A stretch of 64,000 nt of DNA, from positions 288,001-352,000 of the forward strand of contig CAVSGI010000010.1 of NCBI GenBank assembly GCA_963727445.1, written 5' to 3'. Numbering within the stretch: position 1 is the stretch's first letter; each line of letters opens with the position of its first letter. This document shows positions 32,543 to 43,436 of this stretch, in pieces. The notes beneath the pieces were generated by a model, which was not told where the DNA came from, made no database searches, and saw nothing but the letters and a program-made list of their open reading frames with translations. The translations under genes and the position numbers were made by a program. Source of the stretch: an uncultured delta proteobacterium (GTDB lineage Bacteria > Myxococcota_A > Polyangia > Polyangiales > B10-G4).

Positions 32543-32974
32543 TCAGCTCTCGTCGACGAAGGTGGTGTCCACGTTGGTCGCGCTCACCACCAGCTGCCGC
32601 GAAGACTCGACGTACTTGAGCATCGTCGGCAGGTGACCCTTCGTGAGCTTGAGCTTGCCCTGCATCATCGCCTTGATCGGGTCGTGCATGCCCCGAACGA
32701 CCTCTTTCCACATGGGATAGGGCGCGACGATGATGAACGGCGCTTCCTGCACCGCGTCCATGCCGTGGACGAACTTGGTGCCGTGACACTGTCCCCCGCC
32801 GACGTCGAGGATCATCCCGGTGTCCTCTGCGATGCCCTTTTCCGGGTCGGCCTTGATCACCATCGCGACCTTGCCGTGGGTCCAGTCCTTGCCCGCTGTC
32901 CGATACGCCTCGTTCGCGTTCACCGCGTCGGCGTATGCGTCGGTCCAGTCCTTCGAGGGGAAGAGATGCGCCAT
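32543..32974 (-). CDS. SCP2 sterol/lipid-binding domain protein
   Basis: FPSKDW...DPIKAMMQGKLKLTKG. Confidence 0.8.
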   Translation of the reverse strand: MAHLFPSKDWTDAYADAVNANEAYRTAGKDWTHGKVAMVIKADPEKGIAEDTGMILDVGGGQCHGTKFVHGMDAVQEAPFIIVAPYPMWKEVVRGMHDPIKAMMQGKLKLTKGHLPTMLKYVESSRQLVVSATNVDTTFVDES

Positions 32975-33039
32975 CGGCGCGTGCTTATACCGCTTGGTTG
33001 CCCTGTGCAAACAGCCATGCGGTTGGTAGGAGTCTTCGG

Positions 33040-33810
33040 GTGGCGGTCATCCTCACCTCCGAGCTCCTCACGCGGCACGGCTTCGCGCACGGATTCTCCC
33101 TGAGAACCGGCGGGGTCTCGGAGCCGCCCTTCGACAGCCTCAACCTGGCCCGCACGGTGGGCGATGACCCGGAGGCGGTGGCGGAGAACACCCGCCGCTT
33201 CGCCGAGGCCCTCGCGCCGGGCCAGCCCCCGGCGATCTTCGAGGTGAGCCAGGTGCACGGCGCGGTGGTGCGCGAGGTCGGCGAGGGCGAGGGGGTGGCG
33301 GCGGTTCGCGAGACCGAGGCCGACGCCCTCGTGATCGGCGCCTCCGCGGGGGCGGTCGCCGTGCGCACCGCCGACTGCGTGCCCATCCTCGTGGGCGACC
33401 GCGAGAGCCGGACGGTGGCCGCGATCCACGCCGGGTGGCGTGGCACGGTGCGGGGGGTGATCGGCGCCACCTTCGAGGTGCTGTCCCGGCGTGGGGTCGC
33501 GCCGGGGTCGCTGGTGGCTGCCATCGGGCCGCACATCCGGCTCGACGCGTTCGAGGTGGGCGAGGACGTGGCGAGGGAGATCGCAGCGGCGGCGCCCGAC
33601 GAAGAAGACGTGATTTGCTGGGACGAGCCGCGACCCCACGTCGACCTCTCGCGCGTCGTGCGCGCGCAGCTCGTGGGGCTCGGTGTTGCGCGCGAGGCCA
33701 TCGACGACGTCGGCGGCTGTACCTTCACGGAGGCGGCGCGCTTCTTCAGTTACCGGCGCGACCACGAGCGCTCCGGCCGCCATCTGTCCGCCATCGCGGG
33801 TACGCGATAG
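33040..33810 (+). CDS. pgeF: PgeF/YfiH family protein
   Basis: HGFSLRTGGVS, SQVHG, TADCVPIL, IHAGWRG, FFSYRR. Confidence 0.92.
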   Translation: MAVILTSELLTRHGFAHGFSLRTGGVSEPPFDSLNLARTVGDDPEAVAENTRRFAEALAPGQPPAIFEVSQVHGAVVREVGEGEGVAAVRETEADALVIGASAGAVAVRTADCVPILVGDRESRTVAAIHAGWRGTVRGVIGATFEVLSRRGVAPGSLVAAIGPHIRLDAFEVGEDVAREIAAAAPDEEDVICWDEPRPHVDLSRVVRAQLVGLGVAREAIDDVGGCTFTEAARFFSYRRDHERSGRHLSAIAGTR

Positions 33811-33818
33811 AGTGAAGC

Positions 33819-35111
33819 GTGTCGTCCCGCTTGCTCTTGGTCCTGCCTCTGCTGCTCGTCCCGCCCGGCGTCGTCGCTTCCGGGTGTGCGGGCACCGAGT
33901 GCAATTTCAACTCGCAATGCCCGCGCACGCACTACTGCTACGAGAACCGCTGCTATCAGGACTGCCAGCGCGACTTCGACTGCGACACCGGCGAGGTGTG
34001 CAGCGCGGTGGGGCAGTGCGTGCCCGAGGGGACGCTCGACTCGGGGATGCCGCCGGCCGACTCCGCCATGCCGCCGGTCGACTCGGGGATGCCGCCGGCC
34101 GACACCGGGACGCCGCCAGCCGACACGGGGACGCCGCCGACCGACACGGGCACACCGCCGATGGATACGGGGACGCCGCCGACCGACACCGGCACGCCGC
34201 CCACGGATACCGGCACCACCACCGGCAGCGGCGGCTACCTCGATCGCTGCACGGGTGACTCGGACTGCATGAGCGGGCGCTGCGTGGTGGACATCGGCTC
34301 TTCGCGTATGTGCACGCGCACCTGTACTCAGGACTCCGACTGCGCCGACGGGCATCTGTGCGGCGGCGGGGTCTGCCTGCGGGACGACACCGGCACGCCC
34401 TGCGCCACGAGCACGCCCGCGACCTGCAACGCCGGCTACTGCGTGGGCCCCTCGGGCTCCACCGGCGCGTGCACCAAGCAGTGCACGAGCTCGGCGACCT
34501 GCCCGGCGGGCTACGCATGCACCAACGTCAGCGGCACCTTCGTGTGCGTCGACATCGAGAAGTCGTGCTCGGCCGCGGCGGATTGTGCGACCGGGCTCTG
34601 CATCCCGGGCCTCGGCTGCACCTCCACCTGCCGGAGCGCGGCGGACTGTCCGGCTCGGATCTCCGGGCTCGCCGCTTACACCTGCGCGGTGGCGCGCGGC
34701 TCGTCGGTTCCTATCTGCGATCCCCCGTCCGACATCGCGGGCGACGACCCCATCGGCGCGACCTGTCCGGCGGTGGGCACCTTCGCGTGCCGCAGCGGCG
34801 TCTGCGACACGGACGCGACGCCGGTGCCCATGTGCACCCAGGCCTGCACGCCCGAGGGTGGATGCGCGCCCGGCTTCGGTTGCTACCCGGTCTCGGATGG
34901 CGCCGGCGGCTTCGTGCTCGCGTGTGCCCGCGCGGGGACCGGCGCTCTCGGGAGCCCCTGCGCCAGGGCGTCGGATTGCGACTCCGCTCTGTGCCACAGC
35001 ATCTCGTCGAGCATGGGCGTGTGCACACGGTATTGCGCGGATGCTCTGTGCCCTACGGGCTGGAGCTGCGTACCGGAGCCGCTGGTGGGCCTGCCCATCT
35101 GCCGCCCCTAG
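33819..35111 (+). CDS. Cys-rich lipoprotein with heptapeptide-repeat stalk
   Basis: ASGC lipobox; many CxxxC...DC modules; D(S/T)G(M/T)PPx repeats. Confidence 0.8.
   Translation: MSSRLLLVLPLLLVPPGVVASGCAGTECNFNSQCPRTHYCYENRCYQDCQRDFDCDTGEVCSAVGQCVPEGTLDSGMPPADSAMPPVDSGMPPADTGTPPADTGTPPTDTGTPPMDTGTPPTDTGTPPTDTGTTTGSGGYLDRCTGDSDCMSGRCVVDIGSSRMCTRTCTQDSDCADGHLCGGGVCLRDDTGTPCATSTPATCNAGYCVGPSGSTGACTKQCTSSATCPAGYACTNVSGTFVCVDIEKSCSAAADCATGLCIPGLGCTSTCRSAADCPARISGLAAYTCAVARGSSVPICDPPSDIAGDDPIGATCPAVGTFACRSGVCDTDATPVPMCTQACTPEGGCAPGFGCYPVSDGAGGFVLACARAGTGALGSPCARASDCDSALCHSISSSMGVCTRYCADALCPTGWSCVPEPLVGLPICRP
34038..34217 (+). repeat. 21-bp tandem coding repeat (8 units plus a partial)
   Basis: DSGMPPA/DTGTPPT units. 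Confidence 0.85.
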
Positions 35112-35180
35112 GCTGCTCCGCCCACCTGACGCGGCGCGGCTTTTGGCCGTCCCCCATTCGTGGTATCGCTTGGCCCCTCC

Positions 35181-36020
35181 ATGGGCTGGTTCGAAAAGGG
35201 CAAGGCGACCACCGACGCCGCCGACAAGAAGACCCTCGGCGAGGGGGTGTTCCGTCGATGCGACGACTGCGGTGAGACGGCCCTCGAGGAGAGCTTCACC
35301 GCCAACGACGAGGTCTGCCCGGGCTGCGGCTACCACTACCGCCTCAGCGGCGAGCGCTGGGTGGAGCTGATCCTCGACGAGAACTCCTTCACCGTCTACG
35401 ACACCGGCCTCACCAGTGGCGATCCCCTCGGCTTCGTCGACTCCAAGGCCTACCCGGATCGGGTGGTCGCCTCGCGCAAGAAGACCGGCCTCGACGACGC
35501 CGTCATCACCGGTGAAGGGCAGCTCGCCGGGCGCGACATTCAACTCGGTGTGTTCATGTTCCGCTTCATGGGCGGCTCGATGGGCTCCGTCGTGGGCGAG
35601 AAGCTCACCCGCATGTTCGAGCGAGGCGCCGAGAAGAAGCAGCCGGTGATCCTCTTGTCGTCGAGCGGTGGCGCCCGCATGCAGGAGGGGATTCTCTCGC
35701 TGATGCAGATGGGCAAGAGCGTGGCGGCGCTCGGGCGGGTGCGCGACGCGGGCGTGCCCTTCATCAGCGTGCTCCTCAATCCGACGACCGGCGGCGTCGC
35801 CGCGAGCTTCGCCCTGCTGGGCGACGTGAACGTCGCGGAGCCGAAGGCGTTGATCGGCTTCGCGGGCGCGCGCGTGATCGAGCAGACGATCCGGCAGACC
35901 CTGCCGGAGGGCTTTCAGCGGGCGGAGTTCCTGCTCGAGCACGGCATGGTGGATGTCATCGCGCCGCGTTCGGAGATGCGCGAGACCCTCGCGCTGATCC
36001 TCCACCACCTCTGCGACTGA
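35181..36020 (+). CDS. accD: Acetyl-CoA carboxylase carboxyltransferase beta
   Basis: Zn ribbon CxxC...CxxC; FMGGSMGSVVGEK; GGARMQEG; PTTGGV. Confidence 0.95.
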   Translation: MGWFEKGKATTDAADKKTLGEGVFRRCDDCGETALEESFTANDEVCPGCGYHYRLSGERWVELILDENSFTVYDTGLTSGDPLGFVDSKAYPDRVVASRKKTGLDDAVITGEGQLAGRDIQLGVFMFRFMGGSMGSVVGEKLTRMFERGAEKKQPVILLSSSGGARMQEGILSLMQMGKSVAALGRVRDAGVPFISVLLNPTTGGVAASFALLGDVNVAEPKALIGFAGARVIEQTIRQTLPEGFQRAEFLLEHGMVDVIAPRSEMRETLALILHHLCD

Positions 36021-36034
36021 AGAAGAGCTTCGAA

Positions 36035-37352
36035 GTGCCCTCGTCGTACCAGGACGCCATTCGCCGGCTCTACGGCCTCAGGAATCGCGGCATGAAGCTC
36101 GATCTCGATCGGGTGGTGGAGGCCGCGCGGCTGCGGGGCGACCCGCAGCGCGAGATGGGGTTGGTGGTGCAGGTCGCCGGCACCAACGGCAAGGGCAGCA
36201 CCGCGGTGATGATCGAGTCGATGGCGCGGGCGGCGGGGTATCGCACGGGCCTGTTCACCTCGCCGCACATGCATCGCTTCGGGGAGCGGATCCGGATCGA
36301 TGGCGTGCCCCTGGGAGACGACGCGCTCGAGCCGCGGATCGCCGAGCTCCTCCACGCGACGGCCCAGCCCGGCTTTCCGGAGCTGAGCTTCTTCGAGATC
36401 GCGACGCTCCTGGCCTTCGAGGCCTTTCGGGACGCGCGCACCCACGTCGCCGTGCTCGAGGTGGGGCTGGGCGGGCGTCTCGACGCGACCAGCGTCGCGG
36501 CCGCGGACGTGGGCGTGATCACCAAGGTGTCCTTCGATCACTGCCGCATCCTGGGGAGTGACCTCGCGCAGATCGCGACCGAGAAGGCGGGGATCATCCG
36601 GCAGGGTGCGCGGGTGGTGAGCGCGCGACAGCATCCGCACGCCTTCGACGTGCTCGAGCGCATCGCGGAGGATCGGGGCGCGCACTTGTCGATGTTGGAT
36701 CGCGACTTTCACGTGCGGCCGAGCGGAGACGGGCAGCAGCGGATCGACGTGGTGATCCACGGGGCGACGCGCGTCGACGTGCCGCCCGAAGACGATCCGC
36801 GGGCTCACGGTGGGGCTCGCGGGCTCCCACCAGGTGGACAACGCGGCCTGCGCCGTCGCGGCGGTGGACGCGCTTCGCGACAAGGGCGCGCCGATGGAGG
36901 ACGCGGCCATCGCGCGCGGGCTCGCGGAGGCGTCCTGGCCGGGGCGCCTCGAGCGCATCGAAGCGGCGCCCCCCGTGATCCTCGACGTCGCGCACAACCC
37001 CGACGGCTGCGCGATCCTGGCGTCCTATCTGGCGACGCGTCCGCGCAAACGGCGCGCCCTGGTCTTCGGCGCCATGCACGACAAGGATCTCGACGGCATG
37101 CTCCGTCCGCTGGAGGGCCTCTTCGCGCATCGGGTCTGGACGCGGCCGAACATGGATCGCGCCGAGGAGCCCGCGCGCCTCGCGCAGCTGTCGTACGGCG
37201 AGGTGGTGCGTGACGTCGGTCGCGCCGTGCGGCGCGCTCAGAGCCTGGTCGGTGAGGAGGGGGAGGTCGTGGTGGCCGGCTCCATGTTCGTGGTCGCCGA
37301 AGCGCGCGCCATGCTCCTCGACCTCGGCGGAGAAGAGCTGATCGGGATGTAG
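36035..37352 (+). CDS. folC: Folylpolyglutamate synthase/dihydrofolate synthase (indel near 36790)
   Basis: VAGTNGKGS, FTSPH, EVGLGGRLDAT; second frame has WPGRLE, LDVAHNP, GSMF. Confidence 0.92.
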
Positions 37353-37376
37353 TCGGCCCGCGGGCCGCGATCTCCC

Positions 37377-38252
37377 TTGACACTCGAGGGCTCCGCCCGC
37401 GAACGTCCACGCGTGAGCTTTGCCGGGCGTGAGGTCGTCTGTTTCGAGGGTCGACGCGCGGCGGAGATGGCCGAGATGGTGCGCGCGCGAGGCGGCGTGC
37501 CGATCAGCGCGCCCACGATGGTGGAGAGCCCGCTCGACCCCGGGCCGGACGTGATCGAGCTCGTTTCGCGTTTGCGGAAGAGCGACCTCGACGCGGTTCT
37601 CTTTCTGACCCGCGGCGGCGTGACGGCGCTCCCGGGCGCGACCCGGACCATCTGCTCCAACGACGAGCTGGTGGCGGCGCTGCGCGCGATCCCCCTCGGC
37701 GCGCGCGGGCCCAAGACCCAGGCGGCGCTGCAGAAGCTGCTGGGCGAAGGGGAGGGTGAGATCGTCCTGTCCGATCGCCCGCATCGCTGGCAGGGGCTGA
37801 TCGAGGCGATGGACCGGGCTCATCCGCTCGGCGGGATGGCGGTGGCCATCATCGAGCACGGCGTCCGGCCGGTGGGGCTTCGGAGCGAGCTCATCGACCG
37901 GGGCGTCGAGGCGCTCTCGGTGGCGCTCTACCGGTGGGTGTTGCCCGACGACATCTCGCCGGTCACCGACGCGATCACCCGACTCATCGACGGTCGGGCC
38001 AATATCGCGCTCTTCACCAGCGGACCGCAGATCGACGGGCTGATGGGTGTCGCGGCCGAGCAGGATCTCGACGAGCCGCTCCTGCACGCGCTGTCCCGCG
38101 CGCTGGTGGGCGCCGTCGGGTATGTGACCGCCGAGCGACTTCGGACCTTCGGCGTCGAGGCGGATTTCGTGCCCATCGAGGCGCGAATGGAAGATCTCGT
38201 ACGCGACGCAGCGGGCCGTGCGGCAGACTATCTGGGAGAGGACCCAACATGA
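37377..38252 (+). CDS. hemD: Uroporphyrinogen-III synthase
   Basis: FEGRRAAEM, GARGPKT, LYRW.LP, FTSG; ATGA overlap with hemE. Confidence 0.8.
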   Translation: MTLEGSARERPRVSFAGREVVCFEGRRAAEMAEMVRARGGVPISAPTMVESPLDPGPDVIELVSRLRKSDLDAVLFLTRGGVTALPGATRTICSNDELVAALRAIPLGARGPKTQAALQKLLGEGEGEIVLSDRPHRWQGLIEAMDRAHPLGGMAVAIIEHGVRPVGLRSELIDRGVEALSVALYRWVLPDDISPVTDAITRLIDGRANIALFTSGPQIDGLMGVAAEQDLDEPLLHALSRALVGAVGYVTAERLRTFGVEADFVPIEARMEDLVRDAAGRAADYLGEDPT

Positions 38253-39270
38253 GCGTGTTCGAGGACGCCTGTCGCAAGAAGCCGACGCCCTACACCCCGA
38301 TCTGGATCATGCGGCAGGCGGGCCGCTATCAGAAGGAGTACCGAGCCATCCGGGAGAAGGTGAGCTTCATCGAGCTGTGCAAGACGCCCGATCTCGCGGC
38401 GCAGGTGACGCTGTTGCCGATCGAGCAGCTGGGCGTCGACGCGGCCATCATCTTCGCCGACATCCTGTTGATCCTGGAGCCTCTCGGGATCGGCTTCGAG
38501 TTCGCCAAGGACCACGGTCCGCGGATTCACCACCCGCTCCGCAGCGCGGCCGACGTCGACCAGGTGGCGGAGGAGATCGACGCCGCCGAGTCCCTCGGCT
38601 ACGTGATGGAGTCGATCCGGAAGACGCGGGCGGGGCTGCCGGAGGGCGTGCCGCTGATCGGATTCGCCGGGGCGCCCTTCACCCTCGCGAGCTACGTGGT
38701 CGAGGGCGGCGGCTCCAAGAACTACTACCACGCGAAGAAGCTGATGCTCGGCGACGAGGGCGCGTGGAACGTGCTGATGGCGAAGCTCTCGAACGCGCTG
38801 GTGGGCTACCTGAACGCGCAGATCGCGGCCGGGGCACAGGCGGTTCAGCTCTTCGACAGCTGGGTCGGGGCCTTGTCGCCGAGCGAGTACAAGCGCTACG
38901 TCCAACCGCACGTGAAGAGCATCTTCGATCGGCTCGACGCCAGCGTGCCGCACATCCACTTCGGGACGGGCAATCCGGCGCTCTATCCGCTGATGAAAGA
39001 AGCGGGGGGGACGTGATCGGCGTCGATTGGCGCGTCGACCTCGGCACGATCTGGAACGAGCTCGGCGACGTGGCGATCCAGGGCAACTTGGATTCGGCGG
39101 CGGTGCTCGCGCCGCGCGAGGCGATGAAGCGCGAGGCGAGCGCGGTGCTCGCGTCGGCGGGCGGTCGCGCGGGGCACATCTTCAACCTGGGGCACGGCAT
39201 CATGCCCGAAGCGGACGTCGATCAGGTGCGCGCGCTCGTCGATCACGTGCACGAAGAGAGCGCGCGCTGA
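38249..39270 (+). CDS. hemE: Uroporphyrinogen decarboxylase (indel in G-run near 39005)
   Basis: WIMRQAGRY, GFAGAPFTLASY, QLFDSW; second frame has QGNLD, IFNLGHG. Confidence 0.95.
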
Positions 39271-39277
39271 GCTCCGC

Positions 39278-40690
39278 ATGAAGGTCGTGGTCATCGGCGG
39301 GGGGATCAGCGGCCTCGCGGCGGCGCACCGCGTGATGGAGCGCGATCCGAGCGCCGAGGTGACGCTCCTCGAGGCGACCTCGCGGGTGGGCGGGTTGATC
39401 CACACCGAGGTGACCGACGACGGCTACGTGATCGAGCGGGGCGCGGAGTCGATCATCACCGACAAGCCCTGGGCGCTGGACCTCGCCAAGCGTCTGGGGC
39501 TCGGCTCGGAGATCGTGTCGACGGTCGCCGCGCGACGCGGGGCTTACGTGGTGTCGCGCCGCAAGCTCGAGCGGATCCCCGAGGGCTTTTCGCTGTTGGC
39601 GCCGATGCGCATCGGGCCGTTCTTGAAGACGCCGATTCTGTCGCCGGGCGGCAAGGCGCGCGCCGCGCTCGACCTGGTGCTTCCGCGCGGGCGTGCCGAT
39701 GACGAGAGCCTGGCCGATTTCGTGCGGCGCCGCTTCGGGCAGGAGCTCCTCGACCGCCTGGCGCAGCCGCTGGTCAGCGGCATCTACGGCGCGCCAGCGG
39801 ACAAGCTGAGCCTCGAGGCGACGATGCCGCGCTTCGTCGAGATGGAGCGCGAGGGGCGGAGCGTGAGCCTGGCGCTCAGGCGCCGGCAGCGGCGCGCGGC
39901 GCGGGGCGGGAAGGGGACCGGCGGCGAGGCGGCGTCGGGGGCGCGCTATGGGCTCTTCATCAGCTTTCGGCTCGGCAACCAGATGCTGGTGGACGCGCTC
40001 GCGCGGGCGCTCGGGGAACGAGTGCGGCTCGACGCGCCGGTCGAGTCGCTCGGGCGCGTGGGGGACGGGTGGCGGGTGCAGGCGAAGGGCGAGACGCTCA
40101 CGGCGGACGCGGTAATTGTCGCGCTGCCGGCGCATCGTGCGGCGCCGCTCGTCGATGAAGCGGCGCCAGGGCTCGACGATTCGCTGCGGGAGATCCCTTA
40201 CGGGTCGGCGGCGACCGTCACCTTCGCTTTTCGTCGCGAGGAGATCGCGCATCCGCTCGACGCGTATGGGTTCGTGGTGCCGGCGATCGAGCAGAAGGCG
40301 GTGCTGGCGTCGACGTGGCTGAGCCGCAAGTGGCCAGGGCGCGCACCGAGCGGCATGGAGCTGATCCGGGTCTTTCTCGGCGGCGCGGGATGTCCTGAGG
40401 CGCCGCGCTGGGACGACGAGCGTCTGCTGCGCTCGGCGCGCGAAGAGCTCGAAGAGCTCATGGGCGTGAGGGGCGAGCCGACGCTGGTGCGCATCGACCG
40501 CTACCTCGACGCCATGCCTCACTACTACGTCGGCCACAAGAAGCGCGTCGCCGCCATCCAAAAGAGGGTCGCCCAGCTCCCCGGCCTCCACCTCGCCGGC
40601 AACGCCTACGAAGGCGTCGGCATCCCCGACTCCATCCGCGTAGCCGAACGAGCCGCCGACTCCGCCACGGGAACGCTCCACACTTCCTGA
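39278..40690 (+). CDS. hemG: HemY-type protoporphyrinogen/coproporphyrinogen oxidase
   Basis: GGGISGL FAD motif, SGIYG, AMPHYYVGH, GVGIPD. Confidence 0.92.
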   Translation: MKVVVIGGGISGLAAAHRVMERDPSAEVTLLEATSRVGGLIHTEVTDDGYVIERGAESIITDKPWALDLAKRLGLGSEIVSTVAARRGAYVVSRRKLERIPEGFSLLAPMRIGPFLKTPILSPGGKARAALDLVLPRGRADDESLADFVRRRFGQELLDRLAQPLVSGIYGAPADKLSLEATMPRFVEMEREGRSVSLALRRRQRRAARGGKGTGGEAASGARYGLFISFRLGNQMLVDALARALGERVRLDAPVESLGRVGDGWRVQAKGETLTADAVIVALPAHRAAPLVDEAAPGLDDSLREIPYGSAATVTFAFRREEIAHPLDAYGFVVPAIEQKAVLASTWLSRKWPGRAPSGMELIRVFLGGAGCPEAPRWDDERLLRSAREELEELMGVRGEPTLVRIDRYLDAMPHYYVGHKKRVAAIQKRVAQLPGLHLAGNAYEGVGIPDSIRVAERAADSATGTLHTS

Positions 40691-40700
40691 CTCCCCCCCC

Positions 40701-40857
40701 ACGGGGACGGTCTACACTTTTCAACTTTCCTCCCCACCACTCCGCCACGGGGACCGGTCCGCGACGGGGACGGTCTACACTTTTCAACTTTCCTCCGCGG
40801 GACGTACCGCCACGCGGACCGGCTCGGCGCGAAAGTTGAAAAGTGTAGACCGTCCCC
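40701..40857. repeat. Three copies of the 27-bp repeat GGGGACGGTCTACACTTTTCAACTTTC (two direct, one inverted)
   Basis: Copies at 40703, 40766 and (inverted) 40831-40857, between convergent genes. Confidence 0.9.
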
Positions 40858-40858
40858 C

Positions 40859-42025
40859 TCAGAGGGGGGCGTCGGGGAGGTAGGCGGTGTGCACGTGGCG
40901 GCCGGCGGGGGGGAGGTGCGTGCGGCGGCGGTCGATGAAGTTGGTGAGGGCGCTGGGGTCGGGGGTGGCCGTGAGGGTGGGGGTCTCGTGGAGGGTGGCC
41001 TCCCGGGCCATGAGGCCGACGAAGTCGGGGGCGTGGGGAAGGCCGATGTCCCAGGGCAGAGTGAGGGCGAAGGTGAGGACGTCGGGGGCGCGGTAGGTGC
41101 GCGGGTCGAGCGCTTCGAGCGCGCGGGCGTCGCGCATCACCAAGAGGCCCGCGGGGATCCGGCCGGCGCCGGGCTGGTCGAGGTCGCCCGCGATGTCTTT
41201 CGCGATGGCCGCCGCGAGCGGAGCGTCGTCCGGTGAGAGGGCGATCACGCGCCGCGGGCGCGGCCACAAGATGCGGAGCGCGTGCGCGAGCCCCGCGACG
41301 AGCGCGCCCTGGCGCGTGCCGTCCACGACGACAGTGTCGTAGCGCCCGCCGTGCGGACCGCATGCGTCGAGCAGCAGCGCCCCGTGCTCGAGGAAGTAAT
41401 AGTCGCGCGCGTCGGGCGGATCCGCGTCGGGCGCGATCGGCGCCCGTGAGAGCGCCGCGTCGAGCTTCCCCAGAAGGCGTGGCCCAGAGCCGAGACGCGC
41501 GAGCTGCGCGCGGCTCGCCCGCGCCGTCTCGACGTCGCCCATTAAGAGCGACGCCCACGCGAACTCGAAGAGCGCCCCCGGGTCATCCGCCAGATTCGGG
41601 TGCAGCGCCAGCGTCTCCACCACCTCCCGCGGGCGCCCCGCCCGCGCGAGAGCGATCGCGGCCTCGCTCCGCAAGACCGCGTCAAAAGGCGCCAGCGTCA
41701 TCGCCGAGCCCAGGACCGCCGCCGCGAGCGGCGCGTCCTCCTCGCTCAAGAGCCGGCTGCCCAGCTCGAATGCACGCTGCACGTCCTCAGGCGCGTCCGC
41801 CGCCCGGTCGAAGAGCTCGGCGAGCTCGCGCTTACCCACGCCGCGAAGCGCCTGCGCCGCGAGCTCGTACGCCGCCGCGCCCGGCGCGCTCAAGAGCGCC
41901 GGGCGTAGCGCCGCGAGCGCACCCTGCGCATCGGCCGCGTCGAGCCGCGCGCGCGTCTCGCGAAGCGCCTCGTCGGCGCGCGCGCGCCGCCTGCGGCCTT
42001 CGCCCAGCCGGCTCCAGAAACCCAC
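40859..42025 (-). CDS. Hypothetical protein with TPR-like helical N-terminus
   Basis: 388-aa ORF with helical repeats and GC3-rich codons. Confidence 0.65.
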   Translation of the reverse strand: MGFWSRLGEGRRRRARADEALRETRARLDAADAQGALAALRPALLSAPGAAAYELAAQALRGVGKRELAELFDRAADAPEDVQRAFELGSRLLSEEDAPLAAAVLGSAMTLAPFDAVLRSEAAIALARAGRPREVVETLALHPNLADDPGALFEFAWASLLMGDVETARASRAQLARLGSGPRLLGKLDAALSRAPIAPDADPPDARDYYFLEHGALLLDACGPHGGRYDTVVVDGTRQGALVAGLAHALRILWPRPRRVIALSPDDAPLAAAIAKDIAGDLDQPGAGRIPAGLLVMRDARALEALDPRTYRAPDVLTFALTLPWDIGLPHAPDFVGLMAREATLHETPTLTATPDPSALTNFIDRRRTHLPPAGRHVHTAYLPDAPL

Positions 42026-42037
42026 GAGCTTCGCGCG

Positions 42038-42973
42038 CTAGAAGTGGAGCGCGAGGTGACCGGTCGCGCGGAGCTGGAAACCGACCGCGTCGCCATTCTC
42101 CTGCAGATCCACGCCGCCGATGTTGCACATCGCCCCACCGCTGCTCGTACACATGTCCAAGCGCTGGCGCGTGAGATTGAGGAACGCCACGTCGACGCCG
42201 CCCCCGATACTGATGTACGGGTTCAGGTAGATGTCGAGCCCCGCGCCAGCCTCGATCGTCAGGCCGTAGACGCTCACCGAGCTGTCCATCAGGGAGTTCA
42301 CGTTCACCTGACCCATCCACGCGTAACCGATGCCCGCGCGGAAGTAGGGCTCCATGAAGAGGATCGGGATCCGGAGCCCCAGGTCGAACATCAGCGACCA
42401 GATGTCGAAGGGATTGTCAGCGGCCGGATAGCTGCCCACCGTGCCACGCGCCCCGAGGGTGAAGAGGAAGAGCTTGAAGCCGGCAGCGACGTGGCCGGCA
42501 TAGCCCGAACCCTTCAGCTGCTCCACGCCGGGAATGAAGTTCTGGCTCTTGAACGCCGCGAGGTTGGCCCACGAGTAACCGAAGCCCGCCTCGATCCACA
42601 GGAAGTCCGCATCGCGCCCATCGTCCTCCTCCTCCTCGCGCGCCGGTGGCGGCGGCGTGGAGCTCTGCGCCGAAGGATGGATCACCGGCGCGGGCTGGGC
42701 CTGAGGCTGCGCCTGCTGCTGCGGTTGCGGCTGAGGCTGCGGAGCTGGCTGCGGTGCCGGCGCGGGTGCAGGTTGGGGTGTGGACGTCGTCGTGGACGCG
42801 GGCTGCGGATCCGGCTCCACATCGCTTTGACCCTCGGCGGTCGGGGCAGGCGCCTCATCCGCGGTGGGCGTGGCGTTCGGGTCGGCGGGATCGCTCCCTG
42901 TGCCGTCCTGCGCGAGCGCTGGCGAAGCGGCCGCAGAAATCACAAATACGACGAAGACAAGACGAAGACTCAT
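42038..42973 (-). CDS. Outer-membrane beta-barrel protein with P/Q-rich N-terminal linker
   Basis: Signal peptide ending PALAQ; amphipathic strands; C-terminal LALHF. Confidence 0.75.
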   Translation of the reverse strand: MSLRLVFVVFVISAAASPALAQDGTGSDPADPNATPTADEAPAPTAEGQSDVEPDPQPASTTTSTPQPAPAPAPQPAPQPQPQPQQQAQPQAQPAPVIHPSAQSSTPPPPAREEEEDDGRDADFLWIEAGFGYSWANLAAFKSQNFIPGVEQLKGSGYAGHVAAGFKLFLFTLGARGTVGSYPAADNPFDIWSLMFDLGLRIPILFMEPYFRAGIGYAWMGQVNVNSLMDSSVSVYGLTIEAGAGLDIYLNPYISIGGGVDVAFLNLTRQRLDMCTSSGGAMCNIGGVDLQENGDAVGFQLRATGHLALHF

Positions 42974-43004
42974 GACAACAGGGTCCCGGCCCAGCGCGCC
43001 CCCG

Positions 43005-43217
43005 TCAATCCTGAGCGTCATCTCCCCGGACGGGCGCACCGAAATCGTCCTCCAGGCGGTAGCGCTCGTCGAGCCAGTGGCCCAGATCGATGGTCCGGCA
43101 GCGCGCGGAGCAGAAAGGGAAGGCGCTCGGCGCTTCGGAAGCCTTCGCTTTCGCGGCCGAGGCCTTGCCGCAGACGGGGCAGCTCGACCCACCTCGGTCT
43201 CGTCCATGGGTGCTCAT
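43005..43217 (-). CDS. yacG: DNA gyrase inhibitor YacG
   Basis: CPVCGK...FPFCSARCRTIDLGHWL. Confidence 0.9.
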   Translation of the reverse strand: MSTHGRDRGGSSCPVCGKASAAKAKASEAPSAFPFCSARCRTIDLGHWLDERYRLEDDFGAPVRGDDAQD

Positions 43218-43264
43218 CCCCATTGCTATAGCACTTCTGGGCGAGGCGATCGCGCCGCCCTGCG

Positions 43265-43425
43265 AGTGCCTGGTTCGATGACACGGAAGGGTTCTCGCTC
43301 GTTCGTCGGCCGCCTCGCGGCATCGGGCGACCTCGAATGTGTACTGCACGTCCATCGGTTTCCCTCCTTGCGACGCGACCGACGCCCGTCGCGATCTCCT
43401 CTTCCGTGTCATCGAACCAGGCACT
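43265..43425. mobile_element. MITE-like element, 161 bp, perfect 25-bp terminal inverted repeats
   Basis: AGTGCCTGGTTCGATGACACGGAAG ... CTTCCGTGTCATCGAACCAGGCACT; related copy at 51590-51680. Confidence 0.7.
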
Positions 43426-43436
43426 ACGGTAGGTCG

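Noticed and set aside
40701..40857. CRISPR mini-array
   Set aside because: Only two direct copies plus one inverted, unequal periods between loci, no cas genes in the window, and a consistent 3'-UTR position.
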